From assembly GCA_965644295.1 (NCBI GenBank), contig CBFFRP010000450.1:1-35888 (forward strand): a stretch of 35,888 nt of DNA. The letters are read 5' to 3'. Shown in pieces: positions 1 to 12,621 of the stretch; within the stretch, counting starts at the first letter, position 1, and every line of letters starts with the position of its first letter. The DNA is from Paraphysomonas bandaiensis (taxonomy: Eukaryota; Protista; Chrysophyceae). The translations under genes were made by a program, and so were the position numbers. Under the pieces are notes generated by a model. The model saw nothing but the letters and a program-made list of their open reading frames with translations, had not been told where the DNA came from and did no database searches.

Positions 1-1678
1 ACAAATGCCTGGTTATCTTCGCCTTGGCACACCATTTACACAGGGGTTTCTTGCAACTCTTCTCCTTTGCCTTCGAAAGGTGATGTCGTTGTAGTCCTGA
101 TCCTCTGAATAACATGTGTCGGTGAGCTTCTAATAACTTCGATTTCGAGACATGTCCAGTACGCTCATGTAAGCGATCCAACGCATCTTGTCCTGTATTA
201 TCCGACAAATTTACCTCCTCCATCTGATTGCACATAGACACATTTGGCAGATTTAACACCTCCATCAAGTCCACATACGGCATTCCTCCATGCTCATCGT
301 ACTCTCCAGTCAACACCTCGTTTCCAGAGTCCAATTCCACGATTTTAGGCTTTCGAAGCAGTTGTAATCCGTATCCCATTGATCTCAGCATTCCTCCTGA
401 CACAATGTTCTTCACCGCTTCTTCACTAACTCTGATGTCTCTCCATTCCCCGAATGTACCAGTTCCCTGTGTCTCCAATTGAGAACCCTTTCTAGTTAGT
501 TGGATTGCCCCAAACTCAGGAGTAAATGACTCCAGTGCAATTTTATCCTTTACTATAAACAGTCTTTTACTTGCACAACTGTCCAGATATACACGAGGTT
601 CTTCCGACGTATCCACCGATAGCAAAACCTCTTCTCCAAACATATTCGCTTCATCATCCGACGACTCTCCGTCGTTGACGTATTTCTTCCATTCTGTCTC
701 GAATTTCCTGTTCGATTTTCGAGGATTCTCATTATCCGGGTTTTTTATGTTCTTCCGTTTTTTCGACTTGCACTGTCGGGCTTTATGACTAAAATCTCCA
801 CAGATATGACAACCAGTATAATCCTTTGATCCTGGCTGCTGCACACTCTTCGAAGCCTTTTCCTTTGTCTTCCCTTTTCTTTTGAACTTATCCATTTTTC
901 TTTGTCGTTCCTTAGCATAACAATTCGCTGCTACATGTCCCTTCTTCCGACAAAATGAACAAACCACTGGCTCCTTCGACGCCGTAAAATTGATCTCTTC
1001 AGATTTGTCTCCCTTTAGTTTCTTCAGCTGCGTCATAGCCTCGTCATACTCTTCACAAGCCTCTTTCACCGAATCAAATGTAGTTGTTGCTTTAGGCATC
1101 ATCGCTACCGACATCCATAAATCATGTAATTCCTCTATCTGCAGCGCTGCTTTTATCTTTGCTAATTTACTTGCCTCTGTCTGCGGTTGTCCCAATTTTA
1201 TGAGCTTCTGGATTATACCGTTCAGTCGATCTACCCCAACAGACACCTTTTCCCCCGGCCTTATTTTGAACGAATGGTATTCTGCCGTAGTCTTCTCCAA
1301 TACAGTCCCAATCTCGCCTCTGAACCTATCAACCAGTGTCTGAAGGAGCTCACTGGATAACACCTCCTTAGCAGGATCATCAGCAGGTAAAATTGCCTTC
1401 CCCTCCAAATATTGATTGGCTACCTCCAACACATCAGGGTCATGCTCGCAAGCCTCCCAAATAGTACTAACACAGGTATCATTACGCTCTCTCCATGACT
1501 CTAAATTCCTTCCTCCGGCTGGCGGGTCCTCCAAGCCAAGATGGTTTCGGTTTTTCTTCATTAGATGCATCTTGATTTTTCTCGCTGAATAGTCTGCTTG
1601 GTTCTTGTCAAACCGTAGCTTCTTGTCATCTTCCCCATCCCTACAACTAGCATTCGCTACCATAACAGAAGTTGACAT
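1..1678 (-). mobile_element. Ty1/copia LTR retrotransposon gag-pol ORF (5' part; runs off the window edge)
   Basis: ATG at 1678 (MSTSVMVANAS...). The same frame carries two CCHC knuckles (CSFCRKKGHVAANC ~920-961; CHICGDFSHKARQC ~770-811), an aspartic protease motif (RVYLDSCAS ~570-598) and the integrase Zn finger (LHERTGH...CKWC, ~28-170). Order gag-PR-IN is copia-type. Absent from the ORF track, consistent with no stop before position 1. Confidence 0.93.
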
Positions 1679-1751
1679 TATTTGCTAAGGTTTACTATTC
1701 TCAACTGATAAGATGAAATTATAAACATTACATGATAAAGAACCTAAGTTG

Positions 1752-1955
1752 TGTTCGATGTGTTCAACACCATTCATTTACTACTATAGTGTACAAACCA
1801 CACACTCAGTGATCGTATCCTGTATAGTCATCCACTTCTACTTCAGTTTCATACTACATAATATAATGTACTAATTACATATATATCTTTCGATCCTTGC
1901 ATCTCACATAATACTGCACTCAATTGCAAGTATATAGAATCTTCAGATCTCAACA
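1752..1955 (-). repeat. Candidate 5' LTR of the copia element
   Basis: On the minus strand it begins TGTTGAGAT (1955) and ends ATCGAACA (1752): TG...CA ends with an imperfect terminal inverted repeat, AT-rich interior, ~75 nt upstream of the gag ATG. The partner LTR is outside the window. Confidence 0.5.
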
Positions 1956-2004
1956 GAGAGGAGTGAACTATTCTAAAGGATGTACATATTTTGGGGCTGG
2001 GAAA

Positions 2005-2514
2005 TATAATAGCAATACGAGCCGTGTCAGTGATACGGCTCGTATTAGTACAAACTTCATTATCCTAATATTTAACGCTACGGAGGCTGCTTGTGCGTCG
2101 CCGCAAGCACCAAGGTGCAACCACCTCCGCTCTATCGCTCAAAGTAAGCGCCGTGGGCAAGCAGAATGTTGATATACCTAATATATATATTCAGGTTTTT
2201 TGAGTCGTTAAGGTGAACATCCCTGATGCTTGACTTCAGCAGGCAGCCCAAAACCCCTGTTACCCTTCAGGTGGGCCCTGTCCCGGATACCCTTGAGGTG
2301 GGCTCATTTCCGGATGCCTGTTTATTCGTCAAGGCCCAAAGACGACTACATAAGTGACACTTATTGATGTCCCTTGTACCACACAAGCCTTCGGCTATGA
2401 GTGGACAGAACAATATCTACTGATTATATATATGCGGCTCACGTTAGTTGCCCGGAGAAATATCTCTGGTACTTATCCCCCAGAACACCACGAAAAGGTG
2501 CGAGTCCGACTTTG
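2005..2514 (-). mobile_element. Non-autonomous (SINE-like or LINE-derived) repeat, copy 1
   Basis: 2061-2345 is homologous to 15562-15837, 2297-2502 to 15840-16031 (inverted), and 2401-2514 to 25781-25891. Internal ~27-nt tandem duplication at 2264-2317. No intact ORF. Confidence 0.7.
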
Positions 2515-2863
2515 TTGAGGGCGAAATCACTCTCTGGATAACTAAAGTTCTTTACTCAGTTCCAAATTCAGTTCTCACATGCAAATGAACTCTGGTCGAC
2601 TATGCCACACGAGTTACGCTACGCACACGGCTAAACAAATACATTGCTCAAACAAATAAACGACGAAGGTTTATTACATATCGTGTATGGCATAACCAGC
2701 GGGAATTAAGATATAGGAATAACAACGATAAAACATACACAGTCTTCAAACTCTATGCAATGGTGAATCAAAAATACAACGACTAGATACTGTAAAAGAG
2801 ACACACTTCGGGTGGTCATGGAGATGACGTACTCCACGTCGACGAAGTGAAAAAAGTACTTCA

Positions 2864-4965
2864 TTACATATATCCATGAATTTTCATTCCCAGTCTTGCA
2901 CGCTGTATATCAAAAATATTTACATATGATTCAGATTTATTCCCTCGCCCTATCTGCAGCTGGGTACAGCCCCATATCGTAAGTTTTTCTAATTTACACG
3001 CCGCACTTACCAGACAGTGCAGGGCAAGTGCAGATACGCATCGAACAAAGGAAATATTAAGCTCCCGCAGAGTGGTACTACAATGGTACTTGAGTGCCAT
3101 GATAGACTTGGACGAAACCTTTCCACAGCCCGATATACTGAGCACCTGAATACCCTTCCCTCCAGCTGAGGCGCTCAGTTTGCACGCTTGTATCACCACA
3201 TCGTCTGTTACTGCATCAGCAAGGTCGTCTAAGATTAAGGAATGTAAGGCAGGGGCCGCGGAGGAGCAAACAGAAACATCCTGACTACTCTTCTTCGATT
3301 GATCATTCAGGAATTCTGTAGGGGCGTAATACGATTCTTCCTATAAGCTTATTTTGAGCGCTACATGTGACAGGAATTGTGCGCACCATACAGATAAATT
3401 ACGTGCACTCACTTTATACGAGGACATGAATGTGTATCTATGCAAGTAACATTCCTCTTACCTCCACAAAAAGCCCCAGCATAGCAACTGAGGTGAACGA
3501 CCGGACACTGGACAAGTCAATGCTTTGTAGGGTTGAACAGTACGTGCGTATCGCTACTAACCCCTGATCCGTGAGATTATGACACTCACGAACAGAAAGA
3601 TGATGAAGCCTCTTTCCTATAGGAACCACACTGCTACTGACGACACTAGAAGATGCCTTTAATCCAGACAATAAGTCGGCAAGCAGATCATCTGATAGGG
3701 CTTCGAGACCAGCAAGTGATAGTTCTACAAGACATGGGATAGACATCTGATTGGCACTAAGAGTCTCAAGTGCTTCCCTTTCCAAGGCAGTATAGTCTAG
3801 CACAAGGCGGGTTAGTAGTGGTGCAGACTGGCAAAGTGAGGAAATAGTTGTGTCCCCTAAGTGGGAGGAGAAACTAAGGTCGAGGGCGCGAAGTGAAGAC
3901 GTTTTGACCGGTGAAACCTTGGATAGGTTTCGTTTCCCTCTTCTACCAGCAGCACTACCGTCACCACAGGAATGTGTAGAACAAATTCCATCAAGTAGTG
4001 CTTTGAAGTGACTATCTGTAAGGCGGTACGCTCCAGTAAGAGTGAGTACATGAATGTTGTTCAGAACACCACGGGAAACGAGAGTTGACACAGCCCAAGG
4101 GGTCAGTGCATGACCACAATGTCTCAGCTCCAACACTTCTAATGAACTCTCTGTACGCGCTATAGCTACATCTTTATCCAAAGAGGACGAGCGAGAGGCA
4201 GAACACAGTGATTCTACCAATGCATCCTCATCAATTATGGAGCAGTCTGGTAAAATTAATTCTGTGATTCCAGCACCTTCCGATTCATCGTCTGTGGTCT
4301 CTTGAGCGGTGAGTATACGAAGAGCTGCTGGTGTAAGTTTACAGTGCCTGGCCAACTCCAATGCCAACTCTTGACGAACCTCCACAGGCTGTGGGCCGAT
4401 GCTCTCTACGCGCTCAAAGTTCTCAGCAATCACACGAAGGCACAGACTGGAAAGCCGAGCAATTTTGCTGTTGACAATGCAGTTGGATGAGTTCAGAGCT
4501 GTACTCAGCGCAGGAGGGTTGGATTGGAGTTCATAAAGCATTCTTTCATAGTCATCCTCAAACTGAGGAAGCTTGCTGGGATCATCTTCAGACCTTTCAC
4601 GGTCAGATATCGCCTTCTCTCTAGCAGCCCGTGCAGCCTCTCGCTTCGACATCATGTCATGGGCAGTAGAAAACGGACCGGGCCAGGAGTACTCTGGCAT
4701 AACATCACAATGATGACATACAGTTAACATCTTACAGATAGCACGCACCAGATTCATTCTGTGTGTCATCAGGCAGATTCACTACACCAGTGGGAGTGCT
4801 GGAGGCGGCTGACCGCTTGCTTCTGTCAGATCGATCTGACCGATCAGCTCGAGCGAAGTGTGACGCTCGTTCAAAAGCAACTCGCTTTTGAGCATCACGG
4901 CGTGAGTTTCTTCCAGTTGAGCCGGAAACAGACTCTGATTCTGATCTGCGTCTCTTTGGAGGCAT
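2864..4965 (-). CDS. RAD7: RAD7/Rhp7-like leucine-rich-repeat DNA repair protein; exons 4965-4749, 4693-3462, 3340-2864 (~641 aa)
   Basis: Basic N-terminus MPPKRRR, WPGPFSTA motif typical of RAD7 homologues, SLCLRVIAEN BC-box-like segment, many AMN1-type LRRs. GT-AG introns at 4748-4694 and 3461-3341 join the ORFs in frame. Confidence 0.85.
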
Positions 4966-5411
4966 GTATATGTATGTATGTATGTATGTGATGATACTGA
5001 CTGCTACACTCAACAGAGAGAGTGAATGTATGGGCTGTGCGTGGGTTAACTATACCTACAGCCACTGCACTTCTGTTGATGAGAAGATCGATAGACTGGT
5101 ACAGCTGCAGTGTAAGATCTAGCTGTCTGGGGTTGGGTCTGCTCTCTTTGCAGTGTGTATGTACACAGCAGTGTATGTACTCTGTATGTATAGTGCTGTG
5201 CTGTATATGTATGTATAGGGCTGCTGTGTACACAGAAGAGGCAGCACATTTCTTTTTTGTCACGTGCGTCTCCATGACACACCAGAATATCATAGAGCAC
5301 ATCATATACAGCAGTATACGGTAAAATACATGATCATATTGGAGGGATGTACCTGTACACACGACGGGCAGCAGCAGTGCAGTACAGTCCATACACTTTA
5401 CAGTGCGTATC

Positions 5412-5551
5412 GGCAGTCAGCATCTTATTTTTTCGGAAATAAATTGAAGCAAATATTGTCTACATTACTCTACTATAACTACGGATGAAATACAGATAAT
5501 TGTTGTCTCAATATATCAGGCATCTTTGAAAACAAATATACAAAGCATGCC
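5412..5551. repeat. ~140-bp dispersed repeat, copy A (upstream of the RAD7-like gene)
   Basis: Directly homologous to 10362-10500 (shared GCATCTTATTTTTCGGAAATA, ATTGAAGCAAATATTGTC, TGAAATACAGATAATTGTTGTCTCAATAT, GGCATCTTTGAA). Confidence 0.85.
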
Positions 5552-6629
5552 GTGTACGTCCACTGGCCCACTGGGAGTATCTACCCAGATAGCTAAACAC
5601 ACTCCTGCATGGTTAGAGAGCCCCTTTGTTCCTGCCGAAGAACTTCACTCTTATAGATTAATGCCTGTGTATGGAGTTGTTAGTTGTGGAGCATGCTGGC
5701 TCTTACGTGTCATGAGTGTGGGGTGTGAGTGAGATCAGCCCACTGTCACAGTGTGGAGTTGGTTGTGGGCATTATGATGAATGTATTCCGGCTCGTAGTT
5801 TTGATACAGAAGTGTAGGCTACAGTTATACTTGTGGAGCTGTGAGGCCCCGTATACGTGTACCGGTCACTGCACTCAACAGCAGCCGATCTTTTTATTAA
5901 GCGACATCATCAATACACTTTTATTGCTGCAACTCGTCCGCTATACTATCGATGAGCATGGTTTCACTGTCAATGAGTAGGGTTAAAGTTTAATCAGCAG
6001 CGACTGTCGTTTTTCTCTTTGTCATACTAATATAATAAGCAGACTCAGGATCTGAGAGAAATTCTATTCAACATCAACAAATTATTGACCCGTCTTATCC
6101 TTATCACAACGCTTTTAGTGTAACTCCCTCTTAAATTGACTGAGAAGCCTCGCTATATTTTATGACTATGCTGACAACTAAAAATATGTCAAGTTTGAAT
6201 CATTTTACGGTGATCGAATAGTGGATTGACATGTATGAAAACACGTTGCGCTCAAAGGGATCTACTATTCAACGTAGTCAAAACGGCGCTTTTAAGGAAC
6301 TTGGAAGATCCGAAGATGTTTCTGGAGTTCTGTCAGCAACTTCATTGGCCAACTATTCTTCCTCAGTAAACTGATTACATATAAGTTATATATATAACTA
6401 TATATTTCGTCAAGTATATAATATATATTGATTGATGTTGAAGTGCTTGTTTAGATACCTTCCAAGTCAGTAACATTATTGTGTTGTGCAAGTAGCTTGG
6501 GCAGTCAAAATGTTACAGTTGTGATGTATCGTACGAACTGCATCTCCTTTCAACCAACCGTTTTCAGTATAAAACCCCAGGCAGTAAGACATTATGATGT
6601 TTTCAAATGAAACCGAAAGACAGTTCTGA

Positions 6630-7560
6630 AAGTTGTGTTGAGAGAACGCAGGGTCTACATAGTACGCACCTACTTGAGCGGTGGAGTCCTGCCCGTGTTG
6701 CTATGTCTCTTTTTCTTCACTTTCACCTCATTTTGACCTGATCTGTGCTGCATTTACTTTATCTGCAGTGTGGTCTCATGGTTCTGAAATGCGCAGCTAC
6801 AGGCTTGCGTAGCGATTTATTGGTGAGAGGTATTCAACTATAATATTCCAGGTATAAGAGGGGACAACTTTCGGATGACAGAGTTACCATCTAGAGGATC
6901 ACTTCCAGTTAATGCAGCTTGGATCTTCTTGCCCCTCCAGTCCGCATGGGACTTGGCATGGTTTGAGAATTGTTTCCACCCTGATCCATAATGTCACGAG
7001 TTGTAAGTGCGTGGACACACTCAGACCCGGACATTATATGGAGTGACTTATCGATGTGGTTGTCTCTTTCGGAATTGGTAGATTATGATATTATTACATT
7101 GTGTAAGATTGCAGACGCCAACAGATTGTTTATTCGAGAGGGCAATTCGCATTGCATCAGAATCGGGACTCACTGAACTGGCTGTGGACTGATTTGAGCC
7201 ACATGCAAGGGGATAATGTTATTAGTATGATGACTACTACTTAGATGGCCATGGAACGGGGAATTCCCAACTCTACACTTGGTGCACTCACCAAATATTT
7301 GGCGTGCGAGTCGCAGGTCGCTGGAGGTCCAAGGACAACCGATGATGCCGCCATTGTCCAGGAGTTTGGACAAAGCGTCGTCCCCTGGGTGGTTGAGTCC
7401 AGCATGCAACTCAAGGACTCCGCGGGCTCGATTGATCTCTTCCTGCGTCCTGGGCTGGCTCGGATCTCATCGGCTGTCCCTGGACCTCCAGCAACAATAT
7501 GATGGAATTGAAATAGTTTGATAGCAATATTACTTATTATTATAGACATACATCAAGTGG
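6630..7560 (-). mobile_element. Degenerate, internally deleted copia remnant (pre-integrase / integrase Zn-finger fragment)
   Basis: Minus-strand translation ~7445-7260: EEINRARGVLELHAGLNHPGDDALSKLLDNGGIIGCPWTSSDLRLARQIFGECTKCRVG (HHCC). No integrase core follows. Boundaries approximate. Confidence 0.7.
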
Positions 7561-8097
7561 TTCATGTGAGCAAATTTCAGGAGTATATTTCTAACTAAAG
7601 GAGGAACTACCAAACGTGTTTTGTAATAGAGAATGCTTAGTTGGGAAAGGCATATTGAAGTGATTATTGCTAATAAATTGAAAACAAATTAATGGTTACG
7701 CAAGTCTGCGCAGCTGTAGGGGAGAGAAATATATGGCTATGTTTATAACTAAAATTTGCTGGGTTGAATGATTTAAAACTTTCGCTATTTCTTTACACCG
7801 AAATTAGTGTGACTAGGTTAGTTGATATTCCCCAGACTCTAATAGCGATGCTAAATTTATGCGAGCATTCAACACTACACACCGAAAATTGCTAGTTACA
7901 CAATTATATCGGTTATGTAGGTTTAATTGCTTTGCGTGCTGCAATACCGGAAATTAATTAGATATAATACAGCGTCAAAAGTAAAAAGTAGACATTTTCA
8001 TATTGCACTGACAGCATATCGCACTTAATGTAGCTAAAACTCCTCAAACAGGCAGGCACAGGTATAAACATTCTCAGATGAAATCAACACAAATATT

Positions 8098-10101
8098 TTA
8101 TACTTCGTACGTGAGCGCCCCCCTAATAATGGCGGCAGCTACCTTACGCCTATACTGTGGAATGTCTGATTGCCGAAACGAATCCAGAGGAAGGTCGTCC
8201 GACAAAATGTCCGCGTACATGGTAGAAAACATCCCACAGTCAACACCATTGGACTGTTGCGGCAGCTTTACATGTTTAAAGTCAACCCCAGCTTCAGTGG
8301 TCCACTCTCCCGGGTCCATCTTTATCTTTTTCTTGTCCATCGCCTCATCTACAAAGTACCGCACCATTGTAGATAGGTACCTACAAATACTATTACCTCA
8401 TATACTGTAACACTACTCTTAAGTTCACCTGTTTCCTCTTCCCCCAAATGAATCCAGATACACAATATGCCGTTTTTGCACATATGCAACCATCATAGTC
8501 CAGTGTGTATTAGATATGTTCACAGGAATAAAAACTTTCTCTTTCTCGAATATATCAAACTTTTTGGTCCACCTTTGTATACAACGATAATCAGTGCACA
8601 ACATGGAAATGGCTTACGTATATCGACCTGCGGACGAGGTTATAAGAATATCCTCCATTCTCCATAAGTCTGTCGATAAAGAAAGAGTTGAAGTAGTGGG
8701 ATGATCTCATATTCGGATTCTTAGCACATTGACTAGAGTTTCGCTCCATAAGAAGTTGCATATAGAAGTTAATTACCTCATCATTCAGCCAAGTATCTGT
8801 TAGACAGCAAACCCGAATTAGCACCACCACGAAATATGAACACCAAGAAAGACACTAGCGTGGGTGAAATCATACCAAAGTACAGAGAACTTATGTCAGG
8901 TAAATAACATATACTGGATCGTACTTGGCAATAGACAAGACAGTTTCAGCCTTGTAATAGGTATCTTGAACTTCTCGATGATCACGGTATCATCATGGGG
9001 GGAAGAAAGGGCATTATCCACTGCGATTTCGTCTTCATTACTCAGGGGAGCTCGACGCTGCTGAACCAAACGATGAATACGGTCTACATCCGCACCTATT
9101 GTGGTCTGGTCAATGTCATCATCAACCTCCATGCTGGACTCTGACGAGCTGCGTTGCAGAGAGCTTTGCTCCATCATGTCGTCCACTCGGTCGACGACCG
9201 ACTCGTCCAGAGGAACCGTGGCGCTTGTGTGAGGGGAGTATGCTTGATATGACCTAGCCATAGGTTCGGTTAATTGAGACAAAGTACTCGCTAAATTTGT
9301 CAGACGAGAGTCTAAAGTGGCATCCACTGTGAATGAGGTGTTCTTATCTCGTGAAGTAGCAGAGTACTTCGAAGTCATTGATGTTCTTCCAGTGGCTGCG
9401 ACTCGCTTATGTGCTATGTAGTCTTGTCTGTCCTCCCTCGAAAGCTGAGAAAGCAAAAGACGTAGATATGCCTCTTTATCTCTAACTTGCCTCTGCGAGT
9501 CCTCCAGGGATTTCGCACTAGATCGCTCCTGATCACATATATGTCGCCATTTTCTCTCTCTACCGGACTGTTGCAAACGCTCCATGAATTCATCCCATGT
9601 GACCCAATCGTCGTGCGAATAAGAATGATTAAGAGATTTAATTGTCTTGATCAACTGCATACGTTCAAATGGTTTAAATAATATATAGAGAGACTCCTTA
9701 TCACACAGGTGACCGATGAGATGGGAAAGACAGCACACTCTTCCTTGACTAACCTCGTCGAAACCGATACGCAGGAACTCCCTGACAGGATTGGAAATAT
9801 ACAGAGCCTGTCCCTCAGTGTTGTCAGACAAAGAAAACGGACGGTCGTTAGTTCGAACAACAGCCCCTCCATGAGCACGAGATGGGGGCGCCATGACATA
9901 TGTTTGAGGAGATGGATAGGCTCTCCCGTAGCTGTGATTATGATTGTAACGATGGTGGGAAGATACACTACTGCGCTGCATATGAGCACTACTCGATATT
10001 GGGGAGATACTATACGTATACGAGCGAGCGCTGGATGCAGAGGGAAGACTCAACCGCCTCTGCTGTATGGGAGACATGTCGTGTGAATACACACGCTGCA
10101 T
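8098..10101 (-). CDS. Ulp1/SENP-family SUMO protease (peptidase C48); exons 10101-8925, 8796-8628, 8572-8429, 8380-8098
   Basis: Spliced domain: WLNDEVINFYM...YFNSFF...RWTKKFDIFEKEKVFIPVNISNTHW...YLDS...PQQSNGVDCGMF, with the His/Asp/Cys triad intact. Start codon uncertain. Confidence 0.92.
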
Positions 10102-10361
10102 GCTCTCTGTAATGAATATAGAGGCTCTTGTTTATGTATAAACCACACTCAGCTAATGCATCCTGAAGAGACACACTTCGCTCTCATAACATAACTCTGA
10201 TTGGTTCCTCATTGAGCTTCATGCTTCATGCCTCCACCGCATTGCTGCACTGTATGTGCACGATACGTACTTATGCTATGGGGAGTTTTTTTGGATGTAC
10301 ACCAGTGTATGCCTGGTATATGGGACACGGTATACTACAATACTACGATGTAGTACTAAGT

Positions 10362-10500
10362 GGCAGTCCGCATCTTATTTTTCGGAAATATATTGAAGCA
10401 AATATTGTCGATATTACTGCAATACAGTACGTCTGAAATACAGATAATTGTTGTCTCAATATTAGAGGCATCTTTGAACAAAAATATACCAACGATGCCC
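10362..10500. repeat. ~140-bp dispersed repeat, copy B (upstream of the SENP gene)
   Basis: Homologous to 5412-5551 in the same orientation. Confidence 0.85.
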
Positions 10501-10900
10501 ATACGGACCATGAAACTAACATATAGAAATTGACGTTAAGATGCACTCAGTGGTGATACTTCTATATATAGTTCACAGAGTCCATCATATGCCGTATGGT
10601 CGATATGAGCGGATGATGGATTTATTCAATGAGCTGGAAAAGGGAAAGTAGAGAGACAACGACAGTAGATGAGGCAACACATTGATGGATTAATTGTTAA
10701 TAAAGCATCACATCGCTGCGTTGCGAGTGTGTCTGGGATTCCTTGCGGTCATGATGGAGCCTTACAGGACGATTATGCCCTACACCTTCATCCGATCATG
10801 TATAGCTCGTGAGCAGGAGCAGTAGCTGCCATTATCCCAACACCGCAAACACTTCACAGCAAAGATCTCATTAATTTCAGGAATGGAAGTCGTAACCACG

Positions 10901-10955
10901 AAGATTGTGTTGCGAGCTGGAAGGGTCTATAGGCTTACTTGGATGGTGGAGTCTT
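10901..10955. repeat. Short relic related to 6630-6690 (possible LTR end)
   Basis: TTGTGTTG(A/C)GAG...AGGGTCTA...TACTTG...GGTGGAGTC is shared between the two sites. Confidence 0.5.
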
Positions 10956-12621
10956 TTTTCTATCCCTCTTTTCATAGATGCTGAATGTTTCATTGGTTTA
11001 GCTTGAGTCATTACTATAGTAACGAGTCGTATTAAGTATCAAGCACATTGACTAGACGGGTCTAGCGATATATATCAACAATCACTGTACCCAGTTAATT
11101 AAATTTATGGCAACCTTTGTCGATCTTTCATCATTACTTTGTTACATTGAGGTATACTTTAGCCAATAATTGATAAACTTAGACGAATACGATCATATAC
11201 AATCACGACTGTGTTTCAGTTATTGTTTATTTTGCTGTGAGAAGTACAGTATTGGTCTACTTTATTACACCTATAATAACCGTAAGCTATTCTATTTTAC
11301 GAATTCATTCTTGCACATGCTAATGCTTGCACGTGATATACGTGCGAGTCATTGCGGACCTGATACTAAATCCAAACCTTGCAAACTTGGATGACAAACA
11401 TACTCTGCTGGATATATATATTGAGTGAAGAAAATATGACGACAAAGGGTGATGTTTATTGACTGCTTTCCAGGCAAACATACATAACAGTTAGTATTAG
11501 TAATCGTGCAGATTCCTTTGCATACTAGACTAGGTTTCCCAGAGAACTCTTTTTAATATGAGTCGGCTCAGTTTATTAAAGTGAGGTCTACAACATGGAT
11601 AACATACTACAGGTAAATGAAGTGGGTTAAATAGAAAAATATTCTAATTATAAGCTGAACAGCCACTGAAGAATATAGAAAGATTTAGTGAAATATATAA
11701 ATACATGATTTGCACAGGTAGAGTAGAAAACGACAGACTCAGCTACAATTAAAATAATTTGTGTTGAATAAAATCGAACAAAAGGTTGGCTGACGGGGTA
11801 AATTATTTATACTCGCACTAGTATTGCGGTGTCTTTTGAGTCTTCTTCACCAAAGAAATACCTACTCGACGACCTCTCCAGAGTTTGGACAAACAGCGAC
11901 GAGGCTTCTCCGCTCTTGTTGTGTTGTAATCTCGCAGATCTGGTCACGCATGGAAAGTGCAGGAGAGCGTCATAGCCTCGGACCAGGTAGATGCTCGTCC
12001 TGGTATATGTTGATTAATTCGGTAGCGAAATAAGCGATACACTACATACATATATTATCTTAGCATGTTTTGGTTAGGTTCCGTGTTGCTCATTCTTCAT
12101 AGCCTCCACAGCCTGCAGTAGCATCTCGATATCTGCATTCGACGGCTTCTTCTTGAGGCATAGGCTACATATATACATATATATATGGGGTGGATCTATG
12201 AGGATATCTAGATGGGTGTGGAAGGGTCACGCAGGTCTAGATATGCTGTATATATACAGTAGGTATACATCTCATAATACAATAGTTATATACATACTTG
12301 TATATTAGCCGTATTTTTCGGCACACTGCCGGAATCCGGAATCCCTAAAATCTAGAAATCAGGGGTTTAGGGATCACGGATCACCAAAATGTCCCCACGG
12401 CCTCTGGAGTTCTATAGACAAGCCAAAACTGTCCAGGTTTCGGTGTGCAGGCACCACCCTGCAGGTTTCCATATATAGACATGTATGTATGTACTGCACT
12501 GTGCTGCATGTACGTGTATGATACTGTTCTTGTGAGCGCGACATACATACATACTTATCTATTGACACAACCCACCATAGTACCTGCCTGACGGAAGAGA
12601 TTAGCTGACTACTCGACTATC

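Noticed and set aside
228-1343. Plus-strand ORFs 228-482 and 990-1343
   Set aside because: Antisense shadows of the copia gag-pol.
4895-5980. Several Cys/Tyr/His-rich ORFs
   Set aside because: They arise from TG/CA-rich promoter-like low-complexity DNA.
5900-6375. Possible pseudogene (e.g. DLLFNVVKTALLRNLEDPKMFLEFCQQLHWP)
   Set aside because: Short stop-interrupted frames with no recognisable family.
11810-12165. Coding-like minus-strand stretch divergent from the G2-like gene
   Set aside because: All frames are interrupted and no consistent splice model or motif was found.
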